This document shows, one piece after another, positions 1 to 9,868 of a stretch of 32,000 bases of DNA (positions are counted from its first letter, which is position 1; each line of letters opens with the position of its first letter). The stretch comes from an uncultured Erysipelotrichaceae bacterium (GTDB taxonomy: Bacteria; Bacillota_I; Bacilli_A; Erysipelotrichales; Erysipelotrichaceae). The notes beneath the pieces are model-generated. The model had not been told where the DNA came from. It saw only the letters and a list, made by a program, of their open reading frames with translations, and ran no database searches. Position numbers and translations under genes: made by a program. The DNA lies in NCBI GenBank assembly GCA_942493105.1, contig OW818668.1, forward strand, positions 1,290,001 to 1,322,000, given 5' to 3'.

Positions 1-835
1 AATGCTATTCAATATATAAAAAAGATTTCCAAAAAAAACAATGCCAAATTGATACATGACAGTGTAGAATGGTATTCGCAATCTCAATTTAAATTTCGTT
101 TTTTTTCTTATAGTTATCTTAGAAATTCATTATTAAACAGAGTATTGATAGACAAACATTTTTCTGTTATTGCCATTAGCACATATCTTTGCAATTATTT
201 TAAAAAAAGGGGGAAATTCAGTTTGTCTTATCCCCGCTGTACTTGATGTTAGTGAATACAGTATATATAAGAATGTTGATCCAAAAAAGACAGTATTTAC
301 ATATGCTGGATTTGCTGGTAATAAAGATTATTTGATACAATTTCTTAGGGCTGCATCGAAACTTCCAAACAAAGAGTTTGTAATAAGATTAATCGGAATA
401 ACAAAACAGCAACTTATGAAATTAGGACTTGATCGTTTGACTCTGGATTCTTTACAACAAAATCTTGAAATACATGGAAAAGTTTCAAGAACTACAGTTT
501 TAACCTATATTTCTTCAACTGATTTTACTATTATGTTTAGAGATCATAACGAAAGATATTCTAAGGCTGGTTTTCCAACTAAGTTTACGGAATCAATGGC
601 AACTGGAACACCAATGATACTTAATCTATCATCTGATATTGGAAAATATGTTAAAGATGGTAGAGAAGTTATCATTTCAAGTGATCATAGTGAAAAAGAA
701 ATTTTAAAATCCTTGTTAAGAGCAGTGAAATTAACAAATGATGAGAAGTTAAAAATGAAAATTGCAGCCAGAAGTTGCGCAGAAAATAATTTAGATTGTA
801 GACTTTATACAAACGAGTTGGCTTCAATACTCTAG
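1..835 (+). pseudogene. GT4-type (GT-B) glycosyltransferase, 5'-truncated by the window edge and split by a 1-nt frameshift in an A7G5 run
   Basis: Frame 1 is open from nt 1 to the stop at 244-246 (NAIQYIKKISKKNNAKLIHDSVEWYS...VIAISTYLCNYFKKRG). Frame 2 continues as KKGGNSVCLIPAVLDVSEY...FPTKFTESMATGTPMI to 835. Joined, they read like one GT4 enzyme (..vIAiS..l...f.k.g.....iP.v.D, then an E-x7-like C-terminal motif). The frames switch inside aaaaaaaggggg (202-213). The track start at 170 is a TTG with no SD. Confidence 0.6.
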
Positions 836-892
836 TATGAATAACAGTAAATAAACCAAAGACAATAGTAGTGTTGTCAGGAGGACTCGATT

Positions 893-1426
893 ATGAAAAA
901 TCTTGTTGGAGTATTAGTTTATATAAGGAACTTAATATGGACAAAATTATCACCCATGAGTTATGCAAAGCATTTGGGTGTTAATATTGGAAAGAACGTA
1001 GTGTTTTACGCTATGAAACCAGGAATGTTTAGCACTGAACCATTTCTAATAACTATAGGCGATAATTGCTTCATAACTGCAAATTGTCAGTTCATTACGC
1101 ATGATGGAGGAACATTGATTCTTAGAAAAGAGGTTCCTGACCTTGAAATTACAGCCCCAATATATATTGGGAATGATGTATATATTGGATTGAATACTAC
1201 AATTTTACCTGGTACAAAAGTAGGGAATAGATGCATCATTGGAGCATGTTCACTTCTAACCGGGAACTATCCAGATAATTCCGTAATTGCAGGTGTTCCA
1301 GGAAAAGTTATTAAATCAGTTGATGAATATTTAGAGAAAGCAAAGTTGAATTCACTACATATAGGCCACCTTTATGGAAAAGAAAAGGAATTTAAAATAA
1401 GAGAGTTTTTTAATAAACCAAAATGA
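893..1426 (+). CDS. left-handed beta-helix (hexapeptide-repeat) O-acetyltransferase, polysaccharide-modifying
   Basis: AGGAGG SD at 879-884. Hexapeptide-repeat sequence IGDNCFITANCQFITHDGG...IYIGNDVYIGLNTTILPGTKVGNRCIIGACSLL...VIAGVPGKVIK is typical of WcaF/maltose-acetyltransferase-like enzymes. Lies inside a glycan locus. Confidence 0.8.
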   Translation: MKNLVGVLVYIRNLIWTKLSPMSYAKHLGVNIGKNVVFYAMKPGMFSTEPFLITIGDNCFITANCQFITHDGGTLILRKEVPDLEITAPIYIGNDVYIGLNTTILPGTKVGNRCIIGACSLLTGNYPDNSVIAGVPGKVIKSVDEYLEKAKLNSLHIGHLYGKEKEFKIREFFNKPK

Positions 1427-1510
1427 AGATAATATAAATATAGGGAAGCTAATAATTTTAAACTGTAAAGGAGCGAAATACCTTGAGAGATTTTTCAGAA
1501 CTAAATAATC

Positions 1511-2704
1511 ATGAATAAAAACCTAACTCTTTCATGGTATATAATTCTCTTTTTTACATCAATAAACTTCCTAGGAAATAGAAATGTTAATGTTCTTTTA
1601 CTAATTCTTTTTGGTACTTATTGGGTATATAGAAAGAATCTTAAATACGAGGTTGATTTGAGTTTTTTGCTGTTATTATTGTTTTCGGTATTGTATTTTG
1701 CTATGGTATCAGTTTATAGAACTTTAGCGTTAAGTACTTTTCTCTATACTTTGGTTGGACCCATCCTATTATACATAATAGGATTTAGTATAATAGAAAA
1801 AGGGGTCTCAATAATAATAAATTCTTTTGTAATAATTTCCTTTGGCTACTTTATCCATGGGATTCTGAACTTTACTCAATACATTAGAATATATGGAATA
1901 AACTCAATTTTAAGAGTTGTTCCAGATTTTTGGAATGGGAAAATATATGTTTCAACTTTAGTTGGAATACAATTTGCACTTCTAGCATCATTACTATTTA
2001 TTGGTGTAGTTTATTTGAGTAAAAAAGATAGTTTTATAAAAGGAATAATTCTACTTGTTTGTATCTTATCGTCAGTATTCGCCTCGTTCATTTTAGGAAA
2101 TAGAACCTTAATATTACTCATATTTACAATATTTTCAATTAATACCTATTTTTATATTAGGTTTCACAAAATAAAAATTCAGAAAACTGAATTTTTAAAT
2201 ATATGGGTTAAATTCAAACTTCTGATTCTAACACTTAGTTATTTTTTGCTTGGATATATTACAAATGTATTCAAGGTAAGAGATCTAGTTGAAGGATCAA
2301 AATTATACCAAAGATTTAATTTATCATTATTAATTGGTGATCCAAGAATTAAGATATATTCTGAGATTTTTAACCAAATTTTAATTTATCCATTTGGTGG
2401 TGAACAAATGTTGATAAGTCTCCCATATGCTCATAATTTGTGGCTTGATATTATGTTTGTCTCAGGACTAATCCCATTTCTTGTTATTTTATCGTTTACA
2501 ATATTGATTTTTGTAAATATTAGAAGATTAATAAAATCTAGATATATTGCAATTAACGCAAAACTATTTATTCTTAGTATCTACTTTGGATTTATACTTA
2601 TTTTTATGGTAGAGCCAGTTATGGATGGAGCACCATATTATTATTTAGCATATTGTTTATTTTGTGGGATGCTTAACAAGCTAGTAATTATCAAAAGACT
2701 TTAA
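1511..2704 (+). CDS. polytopic membrane protein, probable Wzy-type repeat-unit polymerase (O-antigen ligase/polymerase family)
   Basis: 397 aa, about 10 hydrophobic segments, no soluble domain, located between an acetyltransferase and a Wzx flippase. The call rests on topology and context, not on a recognised motif. Confidence 0.55.
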   Translation: MNKNLTLSWYIILFFTSINFLGNRNVNVLLLILFGTYWVYRKNLKYEVDLSFLLLLLFSVLYFAMVSVYRTLALSTFLYTLVGPILLYIIGFSIIEKGVSIIINSFVIISFGYFIHGILNFTQYIRIYGINSILRVVPDFWNGKIYVSTLVGIQFALLASLLFIGVVYLSKKDSFIKGIILLVCILSSVFASFILGNRTLILLIFTIFSINTYFYIRFHKIKIQKTEFLNIWVKFKLLILTLSYFLLGYITNVFKVRDLVEGSKLYQRFNLSLLIGDPRIKIYSEIFNQILIYPFGGEQMLISLPYAHNLWLDIMFVSGLIPFLVILSFTILIFVNIRRLIKSRYIAINAKLFILSIYFGFILIFMVEPVMDGAPYYYLAYCLFCGMLNKLVIIKRL

Positions 2705-2978
2705 AACTAAACTGATTTGAATAGTTCTACTTACTAAATCAATTCGATTAAATTAATATTTTCTAAAAATGTTATCAATCAAATTTGTTAAGAAGGAAAT
2801 GAGTTTATTCAACTTAGATCAATTTTAGGACAGTTTAGTACAAATCTATTACATCTGGTTTTCTCCTTAATTATCATTTGCGTTTCGAGTTAGCATGCTA
2901 TTATAACTTTGTTGCTCTATTATTTCATACCCATGGGAACCTTGAGTATTAAAGTAATTAATTCTAAAGAGAGAGAAA

Positions 2979-4331
2979 ATGAAAAAACTACATTCAGTGA
3001 GTACTTTGATTAATAAATTCAAACATAACTTGGTTTGGAAAAAATTAATCCTTAATTCTACATGGTTAATTAGTGATAAAGTCACTAGTATGGTTATAAG
3101 TTTATTTGTTACATCATTAGTTGCCAGATACTTTGGACCTGAAAAGTATGGAGTTTATAACTATGCATTGTCATTTATAACATTATTTTCTGCCTTTTCA
3201 ACATTAGGACTAGAAAACTTAACAGTTAAATCTATCATAGTCAAGGAATATCATGAAGGAACCATACTTTTTACAAGTTTAGTTTTACGTGTTATAGGGG
3301 GTTTAATTCTAGTTATATTGTCATATTATGCGATAAGAATTCTTGAACCTGATGATAAGAATGTGCAACTTCTTGTTTCAATAATGTCTTTAACTATGGT
3401 ATTTAAGTCGATTGAAGTAATTGACTATTGGTCGCAAGCATATCAAAAAGCGAAAATGATGTCAATAATTAAAATTTGTACTTATATAATTATTTCATTA
3501 ATGAAAATATGTCTTGTTTTATTTGGAGGAAATTTAACACAATATGCAATTGTGTATTCAATAGATGCAATCATTACTGGTTTCGCTTTATTGTTGGCTT
3601 ATTTTCATTTTAGGAATGATAAAACAAAATGGAACTTTAGTTTCAAATATTCAGTATATATCCTATCTCAAAGCTGGTATTTAATTCTGTCAGGCTTAAT
3701 GGTTACTCTTTACATGCAAATGGACAAGATCATGTTAGGATATATGCTAAATAACAAAGCAAGTGTGGGTATATACTCTATTGCCTCACAGGTGTCAAGT
3801 TTATGGTACTTTATTCCTATAGCAATTATTACTTCTTTTAAACCACTAATTATGACTAAGAAGCAGCAAAGTGATTTCGAATATAAAAGAATTTTACAAG
3901 TGCTTTACACAATCATAGCCTGGATTGGAATTTTCTTTGGGATAATGATAACGATTTTTTCTAGACCGTTAATTTTGCTACTTTTTGGACCTGTTTATGG
4001 TAGTGCAGCCGACATACTCTCTGTTAGTATTTGGGCTGGAACGTTTGCCTTGCTGGGCACAGTTAGATCTGTTTGGCTGTTATATGAAGGGCTACAAAGA
4101 TACACTCTAATTTATACTTTTGTGGGATTCATAACTAATTTAGTTCTCAACTCTTTATTTATACCGATTTGGGGAGGATTAGGAGCAGCTGTCGCAACAC
4201 TTGTTGCACAATTTGTTTCTAATGTATTATCGTTGGCGTTTTTTAGAGAAACAAAAATTTCTACGTTTATGATTCTAAAAGCATTTAGTTTTAGAGAATT
4301 AAAGAATTTGTTCCTATTTAACGAACTATAG
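2979..4331 (+). CDS. wzx: Wzx-type oligosaccharide flippase (MOP/PST family polysaccharide biosynthesis protein)
   Basis: 450 aa, about 12-14 TM segments. The N-terminus (LINKFKHNLVWKKLILNSTWLISDKV...LVARYFGPEKYGVY) matches the conserved PST-family start. Confidence 0.8.
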   Translation: MKKLHSVSTLINKFKHNLVWKKLILNSTWLISDKVTSMVISLFVTSLVARYFGPEKYGVYNYALSFITLFSAFSTLGLENLTVKSIIVKEYHEGTILFTSLVLRVIGGLILVILSYYAIRILEPDDKNVQLLVSIMSLTMVFKSIEVIDYWSQAYQKAKMMSIIKICTYIIISLMKICLVLFGGNLTQYAIVYSIDAIITGFALLLAYFHFRNDKTKWNFSFKYSVYILSQSWYLILSGLMVTLYMQMDKIMLGYMLNNKASVGIYSIASQVSSLWYFIPIAIITSFKPLIMTKKQQSDFEYKRILQVLYTIIAWIGIFFGIMITIFSRPLILLLFGPVYGSAADILSVSIWAGTFALLGTVRSVWLLYEGLQRYTLIYTFVGFITNLVLNSLFIPIWGGLGAAVATLVAQFVSNVLSLAFFRETKISTFMILKAFSFRELKNLFLFNEL

Positions 4332-4395
4332 GCTAATCTTTGATATCAGATCATAAAATATATTTGAGATTATGGAAATCTTGACAAGGAGAAAA

Positions 4396-5592
4396 ATGGA
4401 TAATATTGCAATTGTAGTTGTAGCTTATAACAGACTAGTTTCACTTAAAAGACTTTTGCTTTCTCTAGATAACGCATTTTATGGAGATTATAATCCAACA
4501 TTAGTTATTAGTGTAGATAAATCGGAAAGTATTGAAGTTGCAGAATATGTTAAATCGTTTATTTGGCGTCATGGAAAACTGCTGATTAATATTAATGAAA
4601 CAAGATTGGGACTAAGGGAACATATATTGTATTGTGGTAATTTGACATCTATTTACTCTGCTGTAGTTATACTAGAGGATGATTTAGTTGTATCCCCGTT
4701 TTTTTATAACTATATTGTTGAAACTGTAGACAAGTATAAATCTGATTCGCGAATTGCTGGAATTTCTTTATACACACACTTGTGGAATTTCGGTGCAAAT
4801 AGACCATTCTTCCCTTTACCAAATGGGAAAGATATTTATTTTTTACAGTATGCTCAATCATGGGGTCAAGTATGGACCAAAAGTATGTGGCAAAGCTTTT
4901 ATAGTTGGTATCAAGAAAACAGAGTAATTGAGAAGAACATTAAAGTTCCAGAATATATTACAGACTGGCCTAAAGCTTCATGGTTAAAGTACTATAATCA
5001 CTATATTTCTGACGCAGATAAATTTTTCGTTTACCCATATGTAGCATTATCTACAAATTTTTCTGAGATTGGGACGCATATAAATAAACTAGAAAATAGT
5101 TTTCAGGTCCCAATTCTCTTTGGTCAAAAAGACCAGTATAAGTTGCCAGATTTTATCAAAAATGAACAAATTTATGATATGTATTTTGAAAGTGAAAAAG
5201 TCAAAACATTTATTTGTGGAATTGTTAATTCAAATGATGTTTGTGTTGATCTTTATGGATGCAAAAATAATAAAGAATTAAATAGATTTTGGATAACAAG
5301 TAAACTAGCTAACTTTAAAATAATAAAGAGTTTTGGACTTGAACTTAGACCTCACGAATTGAATGTGCTTCAAGATGTTCCAGGCAACATTTTCTACCTA
5401 TATGATTGTAACCAAATAGAGAAAAATAATTTAAATTTCAAAGATAATGAGATTCAGATTACAAGATATGATGTAAGAGGTTTGTCATTAAATAGAATGT
5501 TTAAATTGTTCATCAAGACGTTGATCTTTAAATTTTTGGAATTAATGAAGCGAAAGCTAAACTGGTTATACAAATTTATAAGAAATAAATAG
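4396..5592 (+). CDS. GT-A fold glycosyltransferase (GT2-like) with extended C-terminal domain
   Basis: N-terminus IAIVVVAYNRLVSLKRLLLSLDNA...LVISVDKS plus an acidic EDD motif (VVILEDDLVVSPFF). I prefer ATG 4396 (AAGGAG SD at 4387-4392) over the track start at 4372. Confidence 0.7.
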   Translation: MDNIAIVVVAYNRLVSLKRLLLSLDNAFYGDYNPTLVISVDKSESIEVAEYVKSFIWRHGKLLININETRLGLREHILYCGNLTSIYSAVVILEDDLVVSPFFYNYIVETVDKYKSDSRIAGISLYTHLWNFGANRPFFPLPNGKDIYFLQYAQSWGQVWTKSMWQSFYSWYQENRVIEKNIKVPEYITDWPKASWLKYYNHYISDADKFFVYPYVALSTNFSEIGTHINKLENSFQVPILFGQKDQYKLPDFIKNEQIYDMYFESEKVKTFICGIVNSNDVCVDLYGCKNNKELNRFWITSKLANFKIIKSFGLELRPHELNVLQDVPGNIFYLYDCNQIEKNNLNFKDNEIQITRYDVRGLSLNRMFKLFIKTLIFKFLELMKRKLNWLYKFIRNK

Positions 5593-5831
5593 GAGTATGA
5601 CAGCTTACAATATAAGAGAAACCTTCAATTTCACTTTAAAGCAAAAATAATCCCATGACATGATTTCAGTCTCTTAAAGATAAGGGTATTATGTGGAACC
5701 TCTCTCCTTGAATTCATCTAGATAACTTCTTTATAGTTATAGAAGTAAACAAATAGATCATTAAATCAAACCATAAGGGAAGAGAATATTAAGACAATTC
5801 AATTTTAGGATTGAAAGAAAGAAGTAAAACT

Positions 5832-6503
5832 ATGAGTACAATAAAACGATTTCTAAAAATTATGTTTCTTAGACTTAAATATTTTGGGAAAGGAATTAAG
5901 ATTCCTTTCGAAAGCAATGTTTCAATTAATTCTCAATTTGAAGAAAATATTGCGATTGGAACTTTTACAAGATTTAGTGGAACTATTGGAAGGTGCAGCT
6001 ATATTGGAAAAAATTGCTCAATATATGCGAAAGTTGGACGATACACAAGCATTGCAGATAATGTGAATATCCTTTATGGTGATCATCCTTCTCGGGTATT
6101 TGTTTCAACTAGTCCTGTGTTTTATGCAAGATCTCAACAGTGTGGAATTACATACAGTGATAAAGATTATTATCAGCAAGTTAAGTTCGCTGATGAGAAT
6201 TTTAATGTAATTATCGGAAATGATGTTTGGATTGGATTTGGTGCAACAATTCTATCTGGCATCAAAATAGGTGATGGAGCAATCATCGCTGCAAACGCAA
6301 CTATAATAAAAGATGTTGAACCTTATACTGTTGTTGGTGGTACACCAAGTAAGGTAATTAGAAATCGGTTTGACCTTGAAGATATCACTAAGTTACTTCA
6401 ATATAAGTGGTGGGAAAAGGAATCTGATTGGATTAAAGATAACTTTACTTTATTTCATAATATTAGAGAGTTTATTGATTTCATTGACGAAAGGGAAAGT
6501 TGA
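5832..6503 (+). CDS. xenobiotic-acetyltransferase (XAT; Vat/CatB-like) family hexapeptide acetyltransferase
   Basis: C-terminal IIGNDVWIGFGATILSGIKIGDGAIIAANATIIKDVEPYTVVGGTPSKVIRNRFDLEDITKLLQYKWWEK closely follows the XAT family signature as I recall it from Vat(D)/CatB. A candidate catalytic His sits in YGDHPSRVFVSTSPVFY. The track start at 5811 is TTG; ATG 5832 is preferred. Confidence 0.8.
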   Translation: MSTIKRFLKIMFLRLKYFGKGIKIPFESNVSINSQFEENIAIGTFTRFSGTIGRCSYIGKNCSIYAKVGRYTSIADNVNILYGDHPSRVFVSTSPVFYARSQQCGITYSDKDYYQQVKFADENFNVIIGNDVWIGFGATILSGIKIGDGAIIAANATIIKDVEPYTVVGGTPSKVIRNRFDLEDITKLLQYKWWEKESDWIKDNFTLFHNIREFIDFIDERES

Positions 6504-6860
6504 TTTTATTTTAGGCAACTTTCTAGAACTTTTGATTTATAAGAAAGCCTTTAGTTTAAATAGAAAGAAAAAGTATTTATTGATCTGGTTGAATAAAAAG
6601 TATTTCCAATCTTTTTTCTCATATATTTCTGCAACAAATAATTAATTCTTTATTATTATTTGAATTTAATGACCTTATTAGCTCCTATATACTGAAGAAA
6701 ATACGTTTAGAGAATTTGTGATAAAATTGTAGCCAAGAAGTGCTACATGAATTTCATCTTTATAGGCCATTCCCACTTTCAAGTAAAATTTTCTGATATT
6801 GTCTTCATAAAAATATATGTACTATAAGTTTATATGAATTTTTAAAAAAGAGGTCTGAGT

Positions 6861-7943
6861 ATGAAAATTTTATTACTAACACCACAAAATAAAAAGTTGA
6901 ATAATGTTCAATATGGCGGAATTTCGAAATGGACGGATAATTTTCTAAGAAACATCGATCTTGAGAAGCATGTTATAAGTATAGTTAATACCGCTACTAT
7001 TGGAAATAGAGAAAATGCATGGAACTCTAGAATGAATTTTTTTACAGAAATTCATAGATTTATAATGATTATATTCTCATTGATGATAAAGTTAATATCC
7101 CAAGAATATGATGTTATTCATATCAATTCCTCATGTTCGAAATTCGGAATTTTTAGAGATTATTTATGTTTAAAGTTATCATTGTTCTCAAAAGCTCAAG
7201 TAATAACTCATTTTCACTGTAATCTTGAAAACCAAGTAAAATCAAATAAACTTGTGTTTTATTTCCTTCAGAAGATAGTTGAGCAGTCGAGTAAAATTTT
7301 AGTATTAAATAATAGATCAATGGAATATGTTGATTTACATTTCGGAGTAAAATGTGAGAAGATTCCGAACTTTCTTGATACTAAATATATCAAAACTGAA
7401 ATTAAGAAGATAAAACCTCAAGTTGAGGTAATTGTATTTGTGGGATCTATATTAAAAGCTAAAGGCTGTAAAGAGATTTTTGAGGTAGCTAATCACTTTA
7501 AGAATATAAAATTCAACCTCATAGGTGTTCTTAACAAAGAAGCTGAAAGTTGGGATATACCTGAAAATTTACTTTTATTAGGAGGTTTAAATGAAGAAGA
7601 TGTATTTTATCAATTAGACAATGCGGATGTTTTTCTTTTCCCTACACACAGCGAAGGATTTTCGTTAGCATTACTTGAAGCTATGGCGAGAGGATTGCCT
7701 ATTATTACAACTGATGTTGGTGCGAATTCTGAAATGCTTGAAAATAGAGGTGGTTTATTTGTTGGTATTGGTGATGTTGGATCAATAATCTCATCTATAA
7801 ATTTAATTCAGGATAAAGACTTAAGACAAAGGATGTCTATATGGAATGTCGAAAAAGTGTATAATTTTTATTCTAGTAAAAAAGTAATTGACTCACTTTT
7901 TAGTATTTATAATCAATTGATTAATAAAAAGCAAATTCAATAA
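6861..7943 (+). CDS. GT4 family (Glycos_transf_1) glycosyltransferase
   Basis: Classic GT-B C-terminal motif FLFPTHSEGFSLALLEAMARGLPIITTDVGANSEML (E-x7-E). SD gaggt lies upstream of ATG 6861. Confidence 0.85.
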   Translation: MKILLLTPQNKKLNNVQYGGISKWTDNFLRNIDLEKHVISIVNTATIGNRENAWNSRMNFFTEIHRFIMIIFSLMIKLISQEYDVIHINSSCSKFGIFRDYLCLKLSLFSKAQVITHFHCNLENQVKSNKLVFYFLQKIVEQSSKILVLNNRSMEYVDLHFGVKCEKIPNFLDTKYIKTEIKKIKPQVEVIVFVGSILKAKGCKEIFEVANHFKNIKFNLIGVLNKEAESWDIPENLLLLGGLNEEDVFYQLDNADVFLFPTHSEGFSLALLEAMARGLPIITTDVGANSEMLENRGGLFVGIGDVGSIISSINLIQDKDLRQRMSIWNVEKVYNFYSSKKVIDSLFSIYNQLINKKQIQ

Positions 7944-8440
7944 GTTATTAATTAAATTCTGATTAAGAAAATTTGAAGAAACTTTAAGTCGTCTAGTCAA
8001 TTTGAATAAAATTGTTTCTGAATTTTCTGAAAGTTAATGGTAAGTAGAGCACTTCAATCAACATATATTTAACTTTTTTAAGATATTATCAATTAATGGT
8101 TAAAAATTGGCTCAAATTCATTAGGATGTGTATTATCTCAATAAATTTGTATTATGAATTTGCTCTCTAATGGTAGTTGAATACTTGAAATAAACCATTG
8201 TTTATTTTTAGACATTTATAATTAAGTATCAAGCTGATCATTTTTTGGAAATAGATGATCTATTCCTTGAATTTGTGAATCATCATCCCAGACTGCTTAT
8301 TATGGTAAGTAAAGCTCAACATTATTTGATATGTTCTATAATAATTTAAATTTATTTATTGGTCTAAGATACGATTTAATTAGTAAAATATGACATAAAA
8401 CCAATCAATTAACGTTTGAATAAATGCATATTCTTTTAGG

Positions 8441-9868
8441 TTAACTTATTTTCTTTTCTTCTAAAAATGTTTTAATCTTCAATTTCAATTCTTCCAGTAC
8501 ATCTAGGTTTGGCCAAGAAACATATAAAAGTCGACTACCCATACTGTAAGTTGGTTGAAGATCACCTTTACCTGTAAGTGCAGAAGCTGTAAATTCCCAA
8601 GGCTTATTGTTTTGTATTTGATCTTGAATGAGTTTCATAACATTATCATTGGTTAAATTTGTATCAATACTTTTAGCAGTAGCTTCGATGATTTTTTCAA
8701 TTTTTAACAATGATGAAGGCTCTGTGACTTTATTTATGATTCCTTTAATGACTTCTTGTTGATTTAAACCTCTTTGAACATCACCGTCTTTGAAAGGGTG
8801 TCTAGCTCTAGAGAAATACAGAGCTTTTTCGGCATCTAAAGTGTTTATGCCTGCCTTGAATGAATATTTATTAGCAGGAACTGTGTCAGATCCAGATACA
8901 AAAGCATATTTCGAATATACATCAATGGTTCCAAGTGCTTTTATAACATTAATGAATGCAGTGAAATTGACTTTTACGTAATAGTTTATGTCAACTCCCA
9001 TTAGGTTTTCTATTGTTTTTACGGTACATTCAATGCCGTAAACTCCAGAGTGTGTTAACTTATCCATTTTTCCAGACTTACATCCTAACGGAGTATAAGT
9101 ATCTCTAGGAATACTGATGGTCAATACTTTGTGTGTTTTTGGATTAATAACCATTAAGATATTAACATCACTTCTCGCTTTTTCTCTTATTGCACCAGGT
9201 GTACGTGAATCAACACCGCTGATTAATATGATAAATGAAGTTTTGGATGTATCTACTTCTTTTACAATTTCTTCTTTTATAAAAGATTTTTCAATTTTGA
9301 AGATTACTTTGGTTTTTGATTCAAATGTAGGATCTTGTTCAACCAAACTATCCCACATACTATTATCTAAGATCATTACATCGATATCTTTTGAGTATAA
9401 GCTTTGTAAATTGCTGAAGTCATCATCGGCAACCGAAGGCGTATAATCATTAATTTCCTTATCTAGGTATTCTTCAAGGTAATTTGCTATGTCATCTTCG
9501 AGTTGAACAGGAAACCCAATGCTACTATTTTTTAAATCAGCGATTTTAGTAAATGTACTTTCCTTTAATACAACAAAGGAAATGACACTTGTTTCAGTTT
9601 TTTCTTGATTGATTAGTCTATTAAACGAGTATTGAGAATAGAAGAGAGCTCCTGATGTTATAAACATAAATATTGATAAAACAACGAGTATCCATTTTTT
9701 CAAATGAGCAAACATTTCTATAATCAGGAACAAAACCAAAACTATTTTTATCGTGTTGCTGATCCAGTTAGGTAATATTTGGTTATAGAAAAGTCCTGCT
9801 ATGAGTATGGCCGTGGCTATAAAATATAATATTTTGCTTATACTAACGTGTTTTTTAATTTTTGACAT
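8441..9868 (-). CDS. LytR-CpsA-Psr (LCP) family glycopolymer-to-peptidoglycan ligase, CpsA-type (N-terminal TM segments + accessory domain + LCP domain)
   Basis: LCP core FIILISGVDSR...RSDVNILMVINPKTHKVLTISIPRDTY...DKLTHSGVYG...VKVNFTAF. N-terminal TM helices and an accessory domain of about 110 aa, as in streptococcal Cps2A. ATG at 9868 is preferred to the GTG at 9898. Confidence 0.85.
   Translation of the reverse strand: MSKIKKHVSISKILYFIATAILIAGLFYNQILPNWISNTIKIVLVLFLIIEMFAHLKKWILVVLSIFMFITSGALFYSQYSFNRLINQEKTETSVISFVVLKESTFTKIADLKNSSIGFPVQLEDDIANYLEEYLDKEINDYTPSVADDDFSNLQSLYSKDIDVMILDNSMWDSLVEQDPTFESKTKVIFKIEKSFIKEEIVKEVDTSKTSFIILISGVDSRTPGAIREKARSDVNILMVINPKTHKVLTISIPRDTYTPLGCKSGKMDKLTHSGVYGIECTVKTIENLMGVDINYYVKVNFTAFINVIKALGTIDVYSKYAFVSGSDTVPANKYSFKAGINTLDAEKALYFSRARHPFKDGDVQRGLNQQEVIKGIINKVTEPSSLLKIEKIIEATAKSIDTNLTNDNVMKLIQDQIQNNKPWEFTASALTGKGDLQPTYSMGSRLLYVSWPNLDVLEELKLKIKTFLEEKKIS

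Noticed and set aside
49-246. 65-aa ORF from the track, considered as an independent gene
   Set aside because: The frame is open back to nt 1 and reads as the N-terminal part of the GT4 glycosyltransferase. It is the upstream half of the frameshifted gene, not a separate CDS.
6370-6645. 91-aa ORF overlapping the end of the XAT acetyltransferase and the following spacer
   Set aside because: It is an alternate frame of a well-supported gene that then runs into low-complexity AT-rich sequence. It has no SD and an implausible composition (K/L/I/F rich from AT bias).
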